A stretch of 42,830 bases of DNA from Chloroflexia bacterium (GCA_013697005.1 JACCXM010000033.1:1-42830); one strand, 5' to 3'; shown: positions 9,293 through 20,683, counted from the stretch's first letter. The notes: generated by a model not told the origin, from the letters alone. A program made the numbers and translations.

Positions 9293-10504
9293 ATGTCGTC
9301 ACCCACGAAAACACTCGCGCCGATGTCGGGGTTTGTGAGCGATCGCGTCCGCACCCTCGCGCCGTCGCCGACACTGGCCGTTTCCGATCGCGCCAGGGAG
9401 ATGAAAGCCCAAGGCATCGACGTGATCGATCTCGGCGGTGGCGATCCCGATTTCATCACCCCAGAGCATATTCGCCTGGCGGCGACCAATGCGATGAACG
9501 CCGGCGAGACCCACTACGTCGCGAGCGCCGGCATTCCGGCGCTCCGGGAGGCGATTGCCGAAAAGCTCCGCGTCGACAACGGGATCACGGTCGACCCTAG
9601 GGGCGGCGTCGTGGTGACGCCCGGCGGCAAACAGGCGCTGTTCGAGGCCGCGCTCACCTTTGTCGAGCCAGGTGTGGATGTCCTGATCCCGGAACCCGCC
9701 TGGGTCTCCTATGCGCCCATGGTCGAGCTCGCGGGCGGCACGGCAATTCCGGTGCCGCTCGATCCAGATGACAACTGGCGCCTCACACGTGCCAATCTCA
9801 CGAGTGCCTTGACGCCAGCGACACGCATCCTGCTGCTCAACTCACCAAATAACCCGACCGGGCGCGTGCTTGACGATCGTGAATTGGGGGACATCGCCTC
9901 GTTCGCTCTGGACCACGGCCTGTTGGTGTTCTCGGACGAGATGTACGAGAAAATCCTCTACGATGAGAATAGACATACGAGCATTGCCACCCTTCCCGGC
10001 ATGGCCGAACGGACGCTCATCTTCAACGGGCTGTCCAAGGCGTACGCCATGACCGGCTGGAGGCTCGGTTACGTCGCGGGCCCACCGGCTTTTATTCAGC
10101 AAATTGAAAAGGTGCATAGCCATTCCGTGACGTGCGCCACGTCGTTCGTGCAAAGAGCCGGCGTCGTGGCGCTCAGTGGCCCCCAGAACTTTATCGATGA
10201 GATGGTCCAGGCGTGGGATCGCCGGCGGCGAGCCGTTGCCGCCGATCTCAATCTGTTGCCCGGCGTGCTCTGCCCGCTCGTCGAAGGCGCGTTCTATGCC
10301 TTTGTCGATATTCGAAAAACTGGGATGCCATCCGTGGCGGCGGCGGATCTCCTCCTCCAGGAAGCCCACGTTGCCGTAACCCCTGGCGTCGCGTTCGGCG
10401 CCGCCGGCGAGGGACATCTTCGGCTCTCCTTCGCCACCAGCGACGAGCTGTTGGAGGAGGCGGTTGATCGCATCGGCAACGCGTTCGGACGCCGGGCAGC
10501 GTAG
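9293..10504 (+). CDS. PLP-dependent class I/II aminotransferase (aspartate aminotransferase-like)
   Basis: Motifs GDPDF, TPGGKQAL, NSPNNPTG, SDEMY, SKAYAMTGWRLGY (PLP lysine) and RLSFA. The start could also be 9323. Confidence 0.93.
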   Translation: MSSPTKTLAPMSGFVSDRVRTLAPSPTLAVSDRAREMKAQGIDVIDLGGGDPDFITPEHIRLAATNAMNAGETHYVASAGIPALREAIAEKLRVDNGITVDPRGGVVVTPGGKQALFEAALTFVEPGVDVLIPEPAWVSYAPMVELAGGTAIPVPLDPDDNWRLTRANLTSALTPATRILLLNSPNNPTGRVLDDRELGDIASFALDHGLLVFSDEMYEKILYDENRHTSIATLPGMAERTLIFNGLSKAYAMTGWRLGYVAGPPAFIQQIEKVHSHSVTCATSFVQRAGVVALSGPQNFIDEMVQAWDRRRRAVAADLNLLPGVLCPLVEGAFYAFVDIRKTGMPSVAAADLLLQEAHVAVTPGVAFGAAGEGHLRLSFATSDELLEEAVDRIGNAFGRRAA

Positions 10505-10537
10505 TGGGCGACCTGCTCGCACGGAGAGGATGCAGCG

Positions 10538-10987
10538 ATGAGTGCTGAACGGAAGATCAGGGAGTTGGGAATCGTATTGCCGGAGCCGGCGCAACCGATG
10601 GGAAGCTATGTGCGCTGGGTGCAAACCGGCAACCTCCTCTTCATCTCTGGCACGGGACCAGGAAATGAAACTCAACGCGGCAAACTCGGGAGCACAATGT
10701 CTTTGGACGAAGGGTATGCCGCGGCACGTGAGGTGGGATTGCAAATCCTGGCTACTGCCAGGGCGGCGCTGGGTGATCTCGACCGCGTGACCAGGGTTGT
10801 CAAAGTTCTGGGAATGGTCAATTCGACCCCTGACTTCGCCGATCAACCTAAAGTGATCAACGGCTGCTCGGATCTTTTAGTCGAGGTGTTCGGAGAGGCC
10901 GGCCGCCACACCCGGTCTGCCGTCGGCTTCGTCGCCCTCCCCGGCCAGATTCCCGTAGAAATCGAATGCACCATGGAAGTGCGATAA
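10538..10987 (+). CDS. RidA/YjgF family protein
   Basis: Motifs GNLLFISG, RVVKVLGMVN, NGCSDLLVEVFGEAGRHTRSAVG and PVEIE. Confidence 0.92.
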   Translation: MSAERKIRELGIVLPEPAQPMGSYVRWVQTGNLLFISGTGPGNETQRGKLGSTMSLDEGYAAAREVGLQILATARAALGDLDRVTRVVKVLGMVNSTPDFADQPKVINGCSDLLVEVFGEAGRHTRSAVGFVALPGQIPVEIECTMEVR

Positions 10988-11057
10988 CCGCTGCGGCAGC
11001 AAAGTCGTCGCTGATCGCGGCGCCTCCCTCTGGGGACGCGTCGTGTGGAGAGATTCC

Positions 11058-11531
11058 GTGACTGATCGACAAGTACCGGTCACTCGGGAAGGTTTGGAGC
11101 GACTTCGCTCCGAGCTCGATGACCTGAAAAAGATACGTCGCCCGGCCATCGTCGCCGCAATTGCGGAAGCGCGTTCACATGGCGATCTGCGCGAAAACGC
11201 CGGCTATGACGCGGCCAAACACGACCAGGCCATGACCGAAAAGCGAATCGCCGATCTCGATACCTTGCTGCGTCAGGCAGTGGTGATCGAAACCAACGCC
11301 GGCGGCAGCGTCGATCGCGTCCAGATCGGTTCGACCGTCGTCGTCGATGTCGAAGGGGATGAAGAACGCTTCACGATCGTCGGAGCAATTGAAGCGAAAC
11401 CAGCCCAGGGACTCATCTCCAACGAGTCGCCTGTTGGCCAGGCGCTGCTCGGAATGCGTCCCGGTGATGAAGCGGTCGCTGCCGCTCCGCATGGGGAAAC
11501 TCGCCTCCGCGTGCTCAGAATCGAGCGCTGA
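11058..11531 (+). CDS. greA: Transcription elongation factor GreA
   Basis: Motifs ARSHGDLRENAGYDAAK and ISNESPVGQALLG. GTG start after GGAGA. Confidence 0.95.
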   Translation: MTDRQVPVTREGLERLRSELDDLKKIRRPAIVAAIAEARSHGDLRENAGYDAAKHDQAMTEKRIADLDTLLRQAVVIETNAGGSVDRVQIGSTVVVDVEGDEERFTIVGAIEAKPAQGLISNESPVGQALLGMRPGDEAVAAAPHGETRLRVLRIER

Positions 11532-11538
11532 CGCACGC

Positions 11539-12231
11539 ATGGTTGGGCCATTGCCACCGAAACGCAACGTCGATCCCTATCAGCAAATCTGGGACGCGTT
11601 CCAGCAGAGTGAGACCACCAGCGATGGCCGGCATGACACACCGTACTGGCGCGCGCAACCCGGTCCGTATGCCGCGTGCGTCGTCCGCGTACCTGGTCAG
11701 GTGCTCGAGCCTGGACTCAGCCGCGTGCGCGGTGATCTCTCACGGCTGTTGGGAACTCGCATTCATCCCGATCATTTCCTGCACATCATGCTTCAGGAGC
11801 TCGGATTCGTCGTCGACCAACCCCGGCGCCCTGATGAGATCAGCGCCGCCCGGCTGGAAGAATTCGCGCACGCCGCGGCCGAACCGGTTTCCCGCATCGC
11901 GCCGTTCCCGGTTGCTCTTGGCGGCGTAAATACATTTCAGGACGCCGTTTTTCTGGAGGTTCGCAGCGCTGAACCGCTTGCTCAAATCCATGAGCGGTTA
12001 TTCGACCTGGCAGCCGTACCGCACGTTCCAACATTTCCCTATTTGCCTCATTGCACCATCGCGCACTACGACGGCAATGTTTCTCCTCGTGAAGCGATGC
12101 GAATTCTCGACCCTTGGAGAAACGATGTCTGCGGCGAATTCATGGTGGCCGAAATCGAAATCGTGACCATCGATCCCGCCGAGTCTTATCCCGAATTCGA
12201 GAGTTTCGCCGTCATTCCGCTGGCGACGTGA
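11539..12231 (+). CDS. 2H phosphoesterase / 2'-5' RNA ligase family protein
   Basis: Two His motifs (FLHIML, LPHCTIA) at typical spacing. ATG 11539 lies just after greA. Confidence 0.75.
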   Translation: MVGPLPPKRNVDPYQQIWDAFQQSETTSDGRHDTPYWRAQPGPYAACVVRVPGQVLEPGLSRVRGDLSRLLGTRIHPDHFLHIMLQELGFVVDQPRRPDEISAARLEEFAHAAAEPVSRIAPFPVALGGVNTFQDAVFLEVRSAEPLAQIHERLFDLAAVPHVPTFPYLPHCTIAHYDGNVSPREAMRILDPWRNDVCGEFMVAEIEIVTIDPAESYPEFESFAVIPLAT

Positions 12232-13342
12232 TCCTCGTAGCCGCGCCCCGTTCTGTGACATGACGTACGACCTCGTCCCCGAACTCAGCGGTGCTGACGG
12301 CCGCTACGTCCCGCTCCGCGATGTCGATAGTTCGCACCCCGGATGCAATCACGTTAGAAACCGCCTGCTCGATCTTTCGAGCCAGGTCGGGCATTCCGAG
12401 CGACCATCGCAACAGCATCGCTCCCGACAGAATCGCTCCCGCCGGATTGGCGCGGCCCTTGCCCGCGAGATCGGGCGCGCTCCCGTGAATCGGCTCATAT
12501 AGACCGTATCGCGTTCCCGGTTGCATCCCTACCTTGTCGCTCAGGCTGGCCGAAGGCAGAAGACCGATCGATCCCGAGAGGACGGACGCCTCATCGGTGA
12601 GGATGTCGCCGAACATGTTTTCGGTCACGATCACGTCGAATCTGCCCGGATTCTGGATCAGGTGCATCGCCATCGCGTCGACAAGAATATGCTCGGTTTC
12701 GACGTCCGCATACTCTTCTCGCAGTTCATCGACAACCTCGCGCCATAGCTGCGACGTACGAAGGACGTTTGACTTATCCACACTCGTCAGCCGGCCCCGG
12801 CGCGTTCGCGCCAGTTCATAAGCAAGGCGCACGACCCGTTCGATCTCGTCATCGCGGTAGCGCAGCGTGTCGACCGCCGACCGGCCCCGAGCACTGACCC
12901 ACCGTCGGGATGGCCTGCCAAAGTAGATCCCGCCCGTTAACTCTCGCACCACAAGAAGATCGACATGCTCGACGATCTCGGCTCTCAATGGCGAGTTTTG
13001 CACGAGCGCGGGAAGCACGTGAACCGGCCGCAGGTTTGCAAAGAGACCGAGGGCGTGGCGAATCTGAAGGAGACCCCGCTCTGGTCGCAGTGCCGGCTCC
13101 ACGGCGTCCCATGCCGGTCCACCCACCGCCCCAAGGAGCGCCGCGTCAGCGTTTCCGGCAAGGTCTATGTCCGATTGACGAATCGGCAACCCGAAACGAT
13201 CGAGTGCATCACCACCTATGGCAAGCGGAACAAACTCAAAAGTTTCCCCGGACCGCCCCTCCACCGCACGCAGCGCCTTTACCGCCTCCGCGATGACCTC
13301 GGGACCGATCCCATCGCCGGCGAAAAGCGCGATTCTCGGCAT
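12212..13342 (-). CDS. leuB: 3-isopropylmalate dehydrogenase
   Basis: Motifs GDGIGPEV, RELTGGIYFG, VDKSNVL, NMFGDILTDEA and EPIHGSAPD. Confidence 0.97.
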   Translation of the reverse strand: MPRIALFAGDGIGPEVIAEAVKALRAVEGRSGETFEFVPLAIGGDALDRFGLPIRQSDIDLAGNADAALLGAVGGPAWDAVEPALRPERGLLQIRHALGLFANLRPVHVLPALVQNSPLRAEIVEHVDLLVVRELTGGIYFGRPSRRWVSARGRSAVDTLRYRDDEIERVVRLAYELARTRRGRLTSVDKSNVLRTSQLWREVVDELREEYADVETEHILVDAMAMHLIQNPGRFDVIVTENMFGDILTDEASVLSGSIGLLPSASLSDKVGMQPGTRYGLYEPIHGSAPDLAGKGRANPAGAILSGAMLLRWSLGMPDLARKIEQAVSNVIASGVRTIDIAERDVAAVSTAEFGDEVVRHVTERGAATRITSPAE

Positions 13343-13435
13343 GAAATCCTCGCCTCTGAGCTCGCGGTCGTCATATCGAACGTTGACGCTCGCGGTTGCA
13401 CCTTTCGTCGTTGAGTATGCGGTCCTTGACCGCCC

Positions 13436-14038
13436 CTAGTCGGGATCGACACTTGGCATCCACGCTGGCCGCCCAGTTTCGTACGCCGAAATCTTGTCGA
13501 CGTGCCGCAACGACAATCCAATGTCGTCCAATCCCTCGAGCAAGCGATGACGCGTGAATTCGTCGAGCGTGAACTCGGATTCCAATCCCACGCTTGGCGC
13601 GGAAATCCATCCTTCGGCCACATCGATCATGATCTCCAGCGTCGGATCATGTTCGACTGCCCGCAGCAGTGCCTCGCCGAACTCCTCCGAGACGACCACC
13701 GGCACCAGACCCGTCTTGGTCGCGTTGTTCCGGAAAATATCACCAAAGCGCGGTGAAACGACTGCCTCGAACCCGAAATCGGTCAACGCCCAAACCGCAT
13801 GTTCGCGCGACGAGCCAATCCCGAAATTGGGACCAGCGATGAGAATTTTTGCTCCGCCGAACTCTGGCCGGTTCAGCACGAAGTCGGGATCATTTTCTCG
13901 CCATGCCGAAAAAAGTCCTATACCAAACCCCGTTCGCTCCACGCGTTTCAACCAGGACGCGGGGATAATCTGATCCGTGTCGACGTCGCTCCGATCCAGT
14001 GGCGCCGCCGTTCCCACAATGCGTGTCACGGGTTGCAT
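13436..14038 (-). CDS. leuD: 3-isopropylmalate dehydratase small subunit
   Basis: Motifs DVDTDQIIPA, NFGIGSSREHAVWAL and GLDDIGLSL. ATG at 14038 directly follows leuC. Confidence 0.96.
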   Translation of the reverse strand: MQPVTRIVGTAAPLDRSDVDTDQIIPASWLKRVERTGFGIGLFSAWRENDPDFVLNRPEFGGAKILIAGPNFGIGSSREHAVWALTDFGFEAVVSPRFGDIFRNNATKTGLVPVVVSEEFGEALLRAVEHDPTLEIMIDVAEGWISAPSVGLESEFTLDEFTRHRLLEGLDDIGLSLRHVDKISAYETGRPAWMPSVDPD

Positions 14039-14042
14039 CGGT

Positions 14043-15443
14043 TTACCCGAGCTCGGATGGTGTTGCGAACGTCCCGGCGATCGCCGTGGCGGCGGCGACA
14101 GCGGGCGATACCAGGTGGGTTCGCCCCCCCGGTCCCTGCCGTCCTTCAAAGTTTCGGTTCGACGTCGACGCGCAGCGCTCCCCAGCTCGCAGTTTGTCTG
14201 CGTTCATCCCCAGACACATCGAGCAGCCCGCGGCGCGCCACTCGAAACCAGCATCCTTGAATATCCGGTCCAGACCTTCCACCTCAGCCTGGGCCCGCAC
14301 CATCATTGAGCCGGGCACAACCATGGCGCGGACGTTCGGCTTCACCGTTCGTCCCGCTACGACGTCTGCCGCAAGCCGCAAGTCCTCGATACGGCTATTC
14401 GTACAAGAGCCAATAAAGACGGTATCGACCGCAATCTCCCGCATGGGAGTTCCCGGGACAAGCCCCATGTACGTCAGCGCTCGCGCCGCTACTTCGCGCG
14501 CGCCAGCGTCGTCGAAACTTTCCGGACTGGGCACCGCCCCGTCAATCGGCACGACCTGTCCAGGGTTCGTTCCCCAGGAGACGTGCGGCCGAATTGCCGA
14601 TCCGTCCAGCGCGACGTCGCGCGCGAATTCCGCCGCGCTATCTGTTGGCAAGGTGCGCCAATCGTCCAGGGCCCGCTCCCAGAGAACGCCTCTGGGGGCA
14701 TACTTGCGACCTTCAACATAGGCGAAGGTCGTGTCGTCTGGCGCGATCATCCCCGCTTTGGCTCCAGCTTCGATCGACATGTTGCAGATCGTCATCCGGC
14801 CTTCCATCGACAGCGCCCGTATAACCGAGCCCCGGTACTCGATAATGTGCCCGATACCACCGCCGGTGCCGATCATGCCAATGATGGCGAGAATCACGTC
14901 CTTCGCCGTCACTCCCGGTTGGAGGTCTCCGTCTACCGTAATGGCCATCGTCCTGGGTCGGATTTGCGGCAGGCACTGGGTCGCCATGACGTGCTCGACT
15001 TCGCTGGTGCCGATACCAAACGCGAGTGCGCCGAAGGCGCCATGGGTTGAAGTGTGGCTGTCCCCACAAACGACGGTCATCCCCGGCATGGTCAGTCCCA
15101 ACTCGGGACCAATCACATGCACGATGCCCTGGTTCGGATGAGCGAGCGGGTACAGCTCAATGCCAAATGCCGCGCAGTTCGTATCGAGGGCTCGTAGCTG
15201 GGTTGCCGAAACCGGATCCGCAATCGGCCGATCGATGTGAATCGTCGGTACGTTGTGGTCCGCCGTGGCAAGTGTCAAATCAGGCCGCCGTACGGGACGG
15301 TTCGCCAGCCGCAGTCCGTCGAAGGCCTGTGGCGAGGTCACCTCATGCACGAGATGCATATCGATGTACAGCAGATCCTGATCGCCTGGAGCCTCGTGCA
15401 CCAGATGGCGTTCCCACAATTTTTCACTCAGCGTTTTCGACAT
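14043..15443 (-). CDS. leuC: 3-isopropylmalate dehydratase large subunit
   Basis: Motifs [39 protein letters not shown] and [12 protein letters not shown]. The start [10 protein letters not shown] overlaps the leuA stop (TGATG). Confidence 0.97.
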   Translation of the reverse strand: MSKTLSEKLWERHLVHEAPGDQDLLYIDMHLVHEVTSPQAFDGLRLANRPVRRPDLTLATADHNVPTIHIDRPIADPVSATQLRALDTNCAAFGIELYPLAHPNQGIVHVIGPELGLTMPGMTVVCGDSHTSTHGAFGALAFGIGTSEVEHVMATQCLPQIRPRTMAITVDGDLQPGVTAKDVILAIIGMIGTGGGIGHIIEYRGSVIRALSMEGRMTICNMSIEAGAKAGMIAPDDTTFAYVEGRKYAPRGVLWERALDDWRTLPTDSAAEFARDVALDGSAIRPHVSWGTNPGQVVPIDGAVPSPESFDDAGAREVAARALTYMGLVPGTPMREIAVDTVFIGSCTNSRIEDLRLAADVVAGRTVKPNVRAMVVPGSMMVRAQAEVEGLDRIFKDAGFEWRAAGCSMCLGMNADKLRAGERCASTSNRNFEGRQGPGGRTHLVSPAVAAATAIAGTFATPSELG

Positions 15444-17032
15444 CAGGTCCACCGGGAGACGGCCGACACGGGACCGGGAATAATCGCCGTTGGTTGATCT
15501 TGCAGCACGTTGCTCAACGCCGCCAGATAGGCCCGCGCACTCGCTTCGATAACGTCGGTCGCCAGTCCGTGACCGGTGTACACCCGGCCGTTGGCGCGAA
15601 TGCGAAGCCTGACCTGACCCTGGGCGTCTTCCCCTGGTGTCACGGCTTCGACGTGATAATCCTCGAGCTCGCACGGAATCCCGATCGCGCTGTCGATCGC
15701 TTGAAAGAGGGCGTGCACGGCGCCGTTGCCTTGTCCGTCGCCACTGATTTCCTGACCCTCGCGATTCACCACCACACTTCCCGTGGCCGGCCCATTGGAG
15801 CCCAGACTCGCGTTCCATCGCACAAGGTGCAGCGGGTCATCGGCCACTTCGAGTTGATCGCTGACGAGTGCGACGAGGTCAGCCGCGGTAACGAATTTCT
15901 TGCGATCTGCAAGATCGAGAAATCGCTGATACGACTCGTTGAGTTGATCGTCATCAAGCCGGATTCCTACCTCCTGCAACGTATTACGGAACCCGGCCCG
16001 CCCCGAATGCTTTCCGAGCACGAGGCGGGTTCCTTCCCAGCCAACGTCTGTGGGATCCATGATTTCGTAAGTCGTCCGCTCTTTGAGCATCCCGTCCTGA
16101 TGGATACCCGCCTCATGCGCGAATGCGTTCGCACCCACGATCGCCTTGTTCGGTTGAACGACTACCCCGGTCAGGCTGCTCACCAACCGGCTGGTCGGAA
16201 CGAGGCGGTCTTTGCGGATGCGAGTCCACCCGCCGCCAAACTGATCGCCACGCGTCGCCAACGCCATCACGACTTCCTCGAGCGACGTGTTCCCGGCACG
16301 CTCACCAATCCCGTTCATGGTTACCTCGACCTGGCGCGCCCCGGCGCGGACCGCGGCCAGCGTATTGGCGGTTGCCATACCGAGGTCGTCATGACAATGG
16401 ACCGATATCACCGCTCGCTCCAAACCCGGAACCTGTTCCAAGAGAAACTCCATCAGCGCCGCGTACTCTGGGGGAGATGTGTATCCAACGGTGTCCGGAA
16501 CGTTGAGCGTCGTGGCGCCCGCCGCAATCGCCGTGCCGAACACCTGGGCCAGGAACTCCCATTCGCTCCGGGTCGCGTCTTCGGCCGAGAATTCGACATC
16601 GGCGGTGAAGCCCTTGGCAAAACGCACCATGTGCGCGACTCGATCGAGAACCTCTTGCCGCTCCATGCGGAGCTTGTGTTTCAGATGGATGTCAGATGTC
16701 GCGATGAAGGTGTGAATGCGCGCCGCCTCCGCACCTCGTACGGCCTGGGCGGCACGCTCGATATCTGATTCGTTGCAGCGCGCCAGACCCGCAACTGTCA
16801 CTCCTTTGACTCGATTGGCGATCGAGCGTACCGCTTCGAAATCGCCAGGTGAGGCGGCGGGGAAGCCCGCCTCCATGACATCGATACCAAGCTCGACCAG
16901 TGCGTCGGCAACCTCGAGTTTCTCGTTCGCTGTCAGTGTCGCACCCGGTGATTGCTCGCCGTCGCGCAGCGTCGTGTCAAAAACGATGACACGCTCTGCA
17001 TCCTGCGCTACGTCTGTTGCATCTTTCGGCAT
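15443..17032 (-). CDS. leuA: 2-isopropylmalate synthase
   Basis: Motifs [27 protein letters not shown] and [10 protein letters not shown], plus the C-terminal regulatory domain. Confidence 0.97.
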   Translation of the reverse strand: MPKDATDVAQDAERVIVFDTTLRDGEQSPGATLTANEKLEVADALVELGIDVMEAGFPAASPGDFEAVRSIANRVKGVTVAGLARCNESDIERAAQAVRGAEAARIHTFIATSDIHLKHKLRMERQEVLDRVAHMVRFAKGFTADVEFSAEDATRSEWEFLAQVFGTAIAAGATTLNVPDTVGYTSPPEYAALMEFLLEQVPGLERAVISVHCHDDLGMATANTLAAVRAGARQVEVTMNGIGERAGNTSLEEVVMALATRGDQFGGGWTRIRKDRLVPTSRLVSSLTGVVVQPNKAIVGANAFAHEAGIHQDGMLKERTTYEIMDPTDVGWEGTRLVLGKHSGRAGFRNTLQEVGIRLDDDQLNESYQRFLDLADRKKFVTAADLVALVSDQLEVADDPLHLVRWNASLGSNGPATGSVVVNREGQEISGDGQGNGAVHALFQAIDSAIGIPCELEDYHVEAVTPGEDAQGQVRLRIRANGRVYTGHGLATDVIEASARAYLAALSNVLQDQPTAIIPGPVSAVSRWT

Positions 17033-17035
17033 CGT

Positions 17036-18067
17036 TCAGCCTCCCGCCTGGCCAGCGACCGCAACCGGACGGCCTTTTCTCAGCCACGGCATCATCTTGC
17101 GCAGTTCCGCTCCAACCTGCTCGACCTCGCTGCCTTGGGCGCTTTCCCGCATGCTGAGAAATCGTTCACGCCCCGCCTCGTTTTCCGCGAGCCATTCTTT
17201 CGCGAAGGAACCGTCCTGAATACGCGCCAACAATCCCTGCATCGTTTCTTTCACATGGCCGTCAATGACCTGCGGACCGGCATAATAGTCACCAAACTCG
17301 GCGGTATCGCTCACCGAGTAGCGCATGTACTCCAGACCACCTTCGTAGATCAGATCGACGATCAGCTTCAATTCGTGCAGACACTCGAAATACGCGATCT
17401 CCGGTTGGTATCCGGCGGCCACCAGGGTGTTGAACCCCGCCTCGATGAGGTTGCTCACGCCACCACACAGTACCGCCTGCTCGCCAAATAGATCGGTCTC
17501 CGTTTCCTCCTTGAAAGTTGTTCCCAGCACTCCCGCGCGCAGCGACCCAAGCGCTCTGGCATAGGAAAGAGCGGTATCCGTCGCCTCCCCAGTCGCGTCC
17601 TGATGCACGGCAAGCAGCGCGGGGACGCCGACTCCCTCCTGAAACAGCTCGCGTAGCCGATGGCCAGGACTCTTTGGCGCGATCATCGCCACGTCGATTC
17701 CCTCCGGCGGCGTGATGGCGCCAAAATGGATGTTGAATCCGTGCGCGAACATCAGCGTCTTGCCCGGAGCCAGATTCGGTGCAATCTCCTCCTCGTACAA
17801 CCGCTTCTGGATGTGGTCTGGAACCAGAACCATGATGACGTCGGCATCACGCGCCGCGTCCGCAACCGAGGAAACCCGCAGACCTTCAGACTCCGCCTTT
17901 GCGCGGCTACTGCTTCCCTCATGCAGCCCTACGACAACGTCGACCCCGGAATCTCGAAGATTCAGTGCGTGCGCGTGACCTTGACTGCCGTAACCAATCA
18001 CGGCCACGGTCTTGCCCTGCAGCGCGTCAAGTCCGGCGTCACTCTCGTAGTAAACCTTCGCGGGCAT
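17036..18067 (-). CDS. ilvC: Ketol-acid reductoisomerase
   Basis: Motifs [36 protein letters not shown] and SDTAEFG. ATG at 18067. Confidence 0.97.
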   Translation of the reverse strand: MPAKVYYESDAGLDALQGKTVAVIGYGSQGHAHALNLRDSGVDVVVGLHEGSSSRAKAESEGLRVSSVADAARDADVIMVLVPDHIQKRLYEEEIAPNLAPGKTLMFAHGFNIHFGAITPPEGIDVAMIAPKSPGHRLRELFQEGVGVPALLAVHQDATGEATDTALSYARALGSLRAGVLGTTFKEETETDLFGEQAVLCGGVSNLIEAGFNTLVAAGYQPEIAYFECLHELKLIVDLIYEGGLEYMRYSVSDTAEFGDYYAGPQVIDGHVKETMQGLLARIQDGSFAKEWLAENEAGRERFLSMRESAQGSEVEQVGAELRKMMPWLRKGRPVAVAGQAGG

Positions 18068-18112
18068 TGCGGCTTTCCCCTCCATTGGTCGATCGAACAC
18101 GTTGCATTCATC

Positions 18113-18676
18113 TCAGTTGCTGATAGCTACCGTTCCATTCCCGGCCACGGCCAACTCGCGGTCCGGCCGCGGACCCTCCTTGACTCCCACCGTTGACGTC
18201 CCACGCATCATGGCCACCGGTCCGGTTCTCACCAGCTCACGGATACCGAACGCCTTCAACATGTTCAGCAACCCGTCGACCTGCTCTTCCGGTCCTGTTG
18301 CCTCGATGAGCAGTGTGGTCGGACTGGCGTCAACGACTCGGGCGTTGTAAATCTGCGCGATCTGCAGAATTTCTGAACGTGTTTGTGATTTTGCCGCAAC
18401 CTTGATCAGGGCAAGCTCGTGCGCTATGCAGTTCAGCGGCGTCACGTCAGTGACTTTCAGCACCTCCATCAACTTGTACAGTTGCTTGCCAGCCTGCTCG
18501 ACTTCCTGATCTCGCCCGAGCACGACAATCGTCATCCGCGATACGCCTGGTTGCTCCGAATGCCCGACGGTGATCGAGTCAATATTGAACGATCTGCGTC
18601 TCAGCAACGAAACCACCCGATTCAGCACGCCGGGATGGTCTTCCACCAAGACGCTGAGGGTGTGCCGGTTCTTCAT
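18113..18676 (-). CDS. ilvN: Acetolactate synthase small (regulatory) subunit
   Basis: ACT domain VEDHPGVLNRVVSLLRRRSFNIDSITVG and the motif IRELVRTG. Confidence 0.95.
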   Translation of the reverse strand: MKNRHTLSVLVEDHPGVLNRVVSLLRRRSFNIDSITVGHSEQPGVSRMTIVVLGRDQEVEQAGKQLYKLMEVLKVTDVTPLNCIAHELALIKVAAKSQTRSEILQIAQIYNARVVDASPTTLLIEATGPEEQVDGLLNMLKAFGIRELVRTGPVAMMRGTSTVGVKEGPRPDRELAVAGNGTVAISN

Positions 18677-18685
18677 CCCATGCCC

Positions 18686-20443
18686 CTACCCTTCATACCG
18701 TTGCTGATGCAGCATTCCTGAATTCGCGGCGCCCGGGGGAACGATCGGCCAGACATTCGCTTCCGGCTCGATGACGAAATCGATCAGCACCGGTCCCCGG
18801 ATCGCACGCGCGCGGTCGATCGCGGGACGAATTTCCGCGTCAGTCCGCACGGTGATCCCGGTGATCCCGTACGCCTCGGCGAGCTTCTCGAAATCGGGAG
18901 CCCCGATCTTGACTTCAGAATAGTTCTTGGCGTGGAACAAATCCTGCCACTGGCGCACCATGCCGAGATACCCGTTATTTATGACCGCGATATTGATATC
19001 GAGATTTTCCTGCACCGCCGTGGCCAGCTCGTTGCAGGACATCTGAAACCCGCCGTCACCAATGATCGCCCACACTTCGCGATCCGGCCGTCCAATCTTT
19101 GCGCCGATCGCCGACGGCAGCCCGAATCCCATGGTCCCCAAGCCGCCGGAAGTAATCCAGCGGTCGGGATGGTCGAACCCATAGTGCTGGGCGGCCCACA
19201 TCTGGTGCTGACCGACATCTGTGGTCACAACCGCTTCGCCATCCGTCGCTTCGGCAATCGCCTTGATGATCGTGTAGGGCTCAGGCCATGCGGGCCGTTC
19301 TTCCAACGCCTCGTCCAGCGCACGGTCCCGCCGCGAATCGATCCACGCCAGCCAGTCGTCCCGGTGCTCCTGCTCGACCTCAGGGATCAAAAGCCTGAGC
19401 ACTTCAGCTGCATCTCCAACCACCGGGACGTCGGTGTGGACGTTCTTGCCGATCTCCGCGGGATCGACGTCGACGTGCACGACGAAGGCGTTTGGAGCGA
19501 ATCCACTCACCTGGCCGGTTGCGCGGTCGTCAAACCGGGCGCCAATGTTGAGCAGCAGATCGCATTCATCAAGCGCGTCGTTGACATGTTTGTGCCCATG
19601 CATCCCCATCAGACCGAGCCCCAGCGGATGAGACTCCGGAAATGATCCTAGACCCAGCAGCGTATGCGCGACTGGAATGCCGGTCTTCTCCACGAACTGC
19701 CGAAATAAATCGGTCGCGCCGCTGAGCATGATCCCATGACCTGCCATGACCAGCGGCCTTCGGGCAGTGGCGATCGCATTCGCCGCGAGTCTCACCTGCC
19801 TGATATTCGGCACTGACGTCGGCTGATAGCCACGCCGGTGAACGGTCTGTGCAGGAGTATATGGATGCTTCTGCAAGAACAACGTCTTTGGGATATCGAT
19901 GAGCACCGGCCCCGGACGGCCGGTTGTCGCAATATGAAAAGCCTCCCTGATGGTTGGCGCCAGGTCCTCGATGCGGTTGACAAGATAGTTGTGCTTCGTG
20001 ACGGGCAGCGTAATCCCGGTGATGTCGACTTCCTGGAACGCATCACGTCCTATCAGCGGCTGAATGACCTGTCCGGTAATAGCGATAATCGGGATCGAGT
20101 CGAGCATCGCATCGGCAAGACCAGTAACCAGATTCGTGGCGCCCGGACCCGACGTGACGAGACACACTCCCGGTTTCCCAGTTGCTCGTGCATAGCCCTC
20201 CGCGGCCAAGGCCGCCCACTGCTCGAATCGCACCAGAACATGGTGGAAGCCCGCTTTTGGCAAGGCGTCGTACAGGGGAATAACGGCGCCCCCTGGGTAT
20301 CCGAATACCGTCTCGACGCCCTCATCCTCCAGCGCCCGGCAGACGATTTCCGAACCGGTCAACAATGACCGTTCCTCAGATCGCCCACTTCCCGGCGGCT
20401 GTGCTGACGGGTGCTCCTCCAGCGCCGTACTCCTCGTCGCCAT
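18686..20443 (-). CDS. ilvB: Acetolactate synthase large subunit
   Basis: Motifs FGYPGGA, TSGPGATN, DAFQE, RFDDR, TDVGQHQMW and the TPP motif GDGGFQM...NNGYLGMVRQWQ. ATG at 20443 after GAAGGAG. Confidence 0.97.
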   Translation of the reverse strand: MATRSTALEEHPSAQPPGSGRSEERSLLTGSEIVCRALEDEGVETVFGYPGGAVIPLYDALPKAGFHHVLVRFEQWAALAAEGYARATGKPGVCLVTSGPGATNLVTGLADAMLDSIPIIAITGQVIQPLIGRDAFQEVDITGITLPVTKHNYLVNRIEDLAPTIREAFHIATTGRPGPVLIDIPKTLFLQKHPYTPAQTVHRRGYQPTSVPNIRQVRLAANAIATARRPLVMAGHGIMLSGATDLFRQFVEKTGIPVAHTLLGLGSFPESHPLGLGLMGMHGHKHVNDALDECDLLLNIGARFDDRATGQVSGFAPNAFVVHVDVDPAEIGKNVHTDVPVVGDAAEVLRLLIPEVEQEHRDDWLAWIDSRRDRALDEALEERPAWPEPYTIIKAIAEATDGEAVVTTDVGQHQMWAAQHYGFDHPDRWITSGGLGTMGFGLPSAIGAKIGRPDREVWAIIGDGGFQMSCNELATAVQENLDINIAVINNGYLGMVRQWQDLFHAKNYSEVKIGAPDFEKLAEAYGITGITVRTDAEIRPAIDRARAIRGPVLIDFVIEPEANVWPIVPPGAANSGMLHQQRYEG

Positions 20444-20509
20444 CCGCTTCTCCTTCCCTGGCTCCCGGTGCCATCGTCCGGGATCCTGTGTCACATTCCT
20501 ATCTGCAAC

Positions 20510-20544
20510 AAACACGAAAATGGCCTCCCGGTTTCGGAGGCCAT
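20510..20544 (-). terminator. Attenuator terminator of the ilv-leu leader
   Basis: Minus strand reads ATGGCCTCC-GAAACCG-GGAGGCCAT followed by TTTCGTGTTT, about 70 nt before ilvB. Confidence 0.8.
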
Positions 20545-20596
20545 CCTGGGAATCGACTTTCGTTGTCTTGCGGCAATCGCCGAACGCATGGCCCCC

Positions 20597-20683
20597 TTAA
20601 CGCATGCGGCTCCCTACCGGGAGCCCCGTAAGTACGAGGCTGGTAATCTGCGAGCGTGCGCTTCGGCCCAAGCGTTGTGTCAT
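20597..20683 (-). CDS. ilvB operon leader peptide (28 aa)
   Basis: MTQRLGRSARSQITSLVLTGLPVGSRMR* with an Ile/Leu/Val cluster. It is followed by GGGGGCCAT, which can pair with the 5' arm of the terminator. Confidence 0.75.
   Translation of the reverse strand: MTQRLGRSARSQITSLVLTGLPVGSRMR

Noticed and set aside
15026-16768. 580-aa plus-strand ORF opposite leuA/leuC, and similar long antisense ORFs elsewhere
   Set aside because: These are typical stop-poor antisense frames of GC-rich genes, with no motifs.
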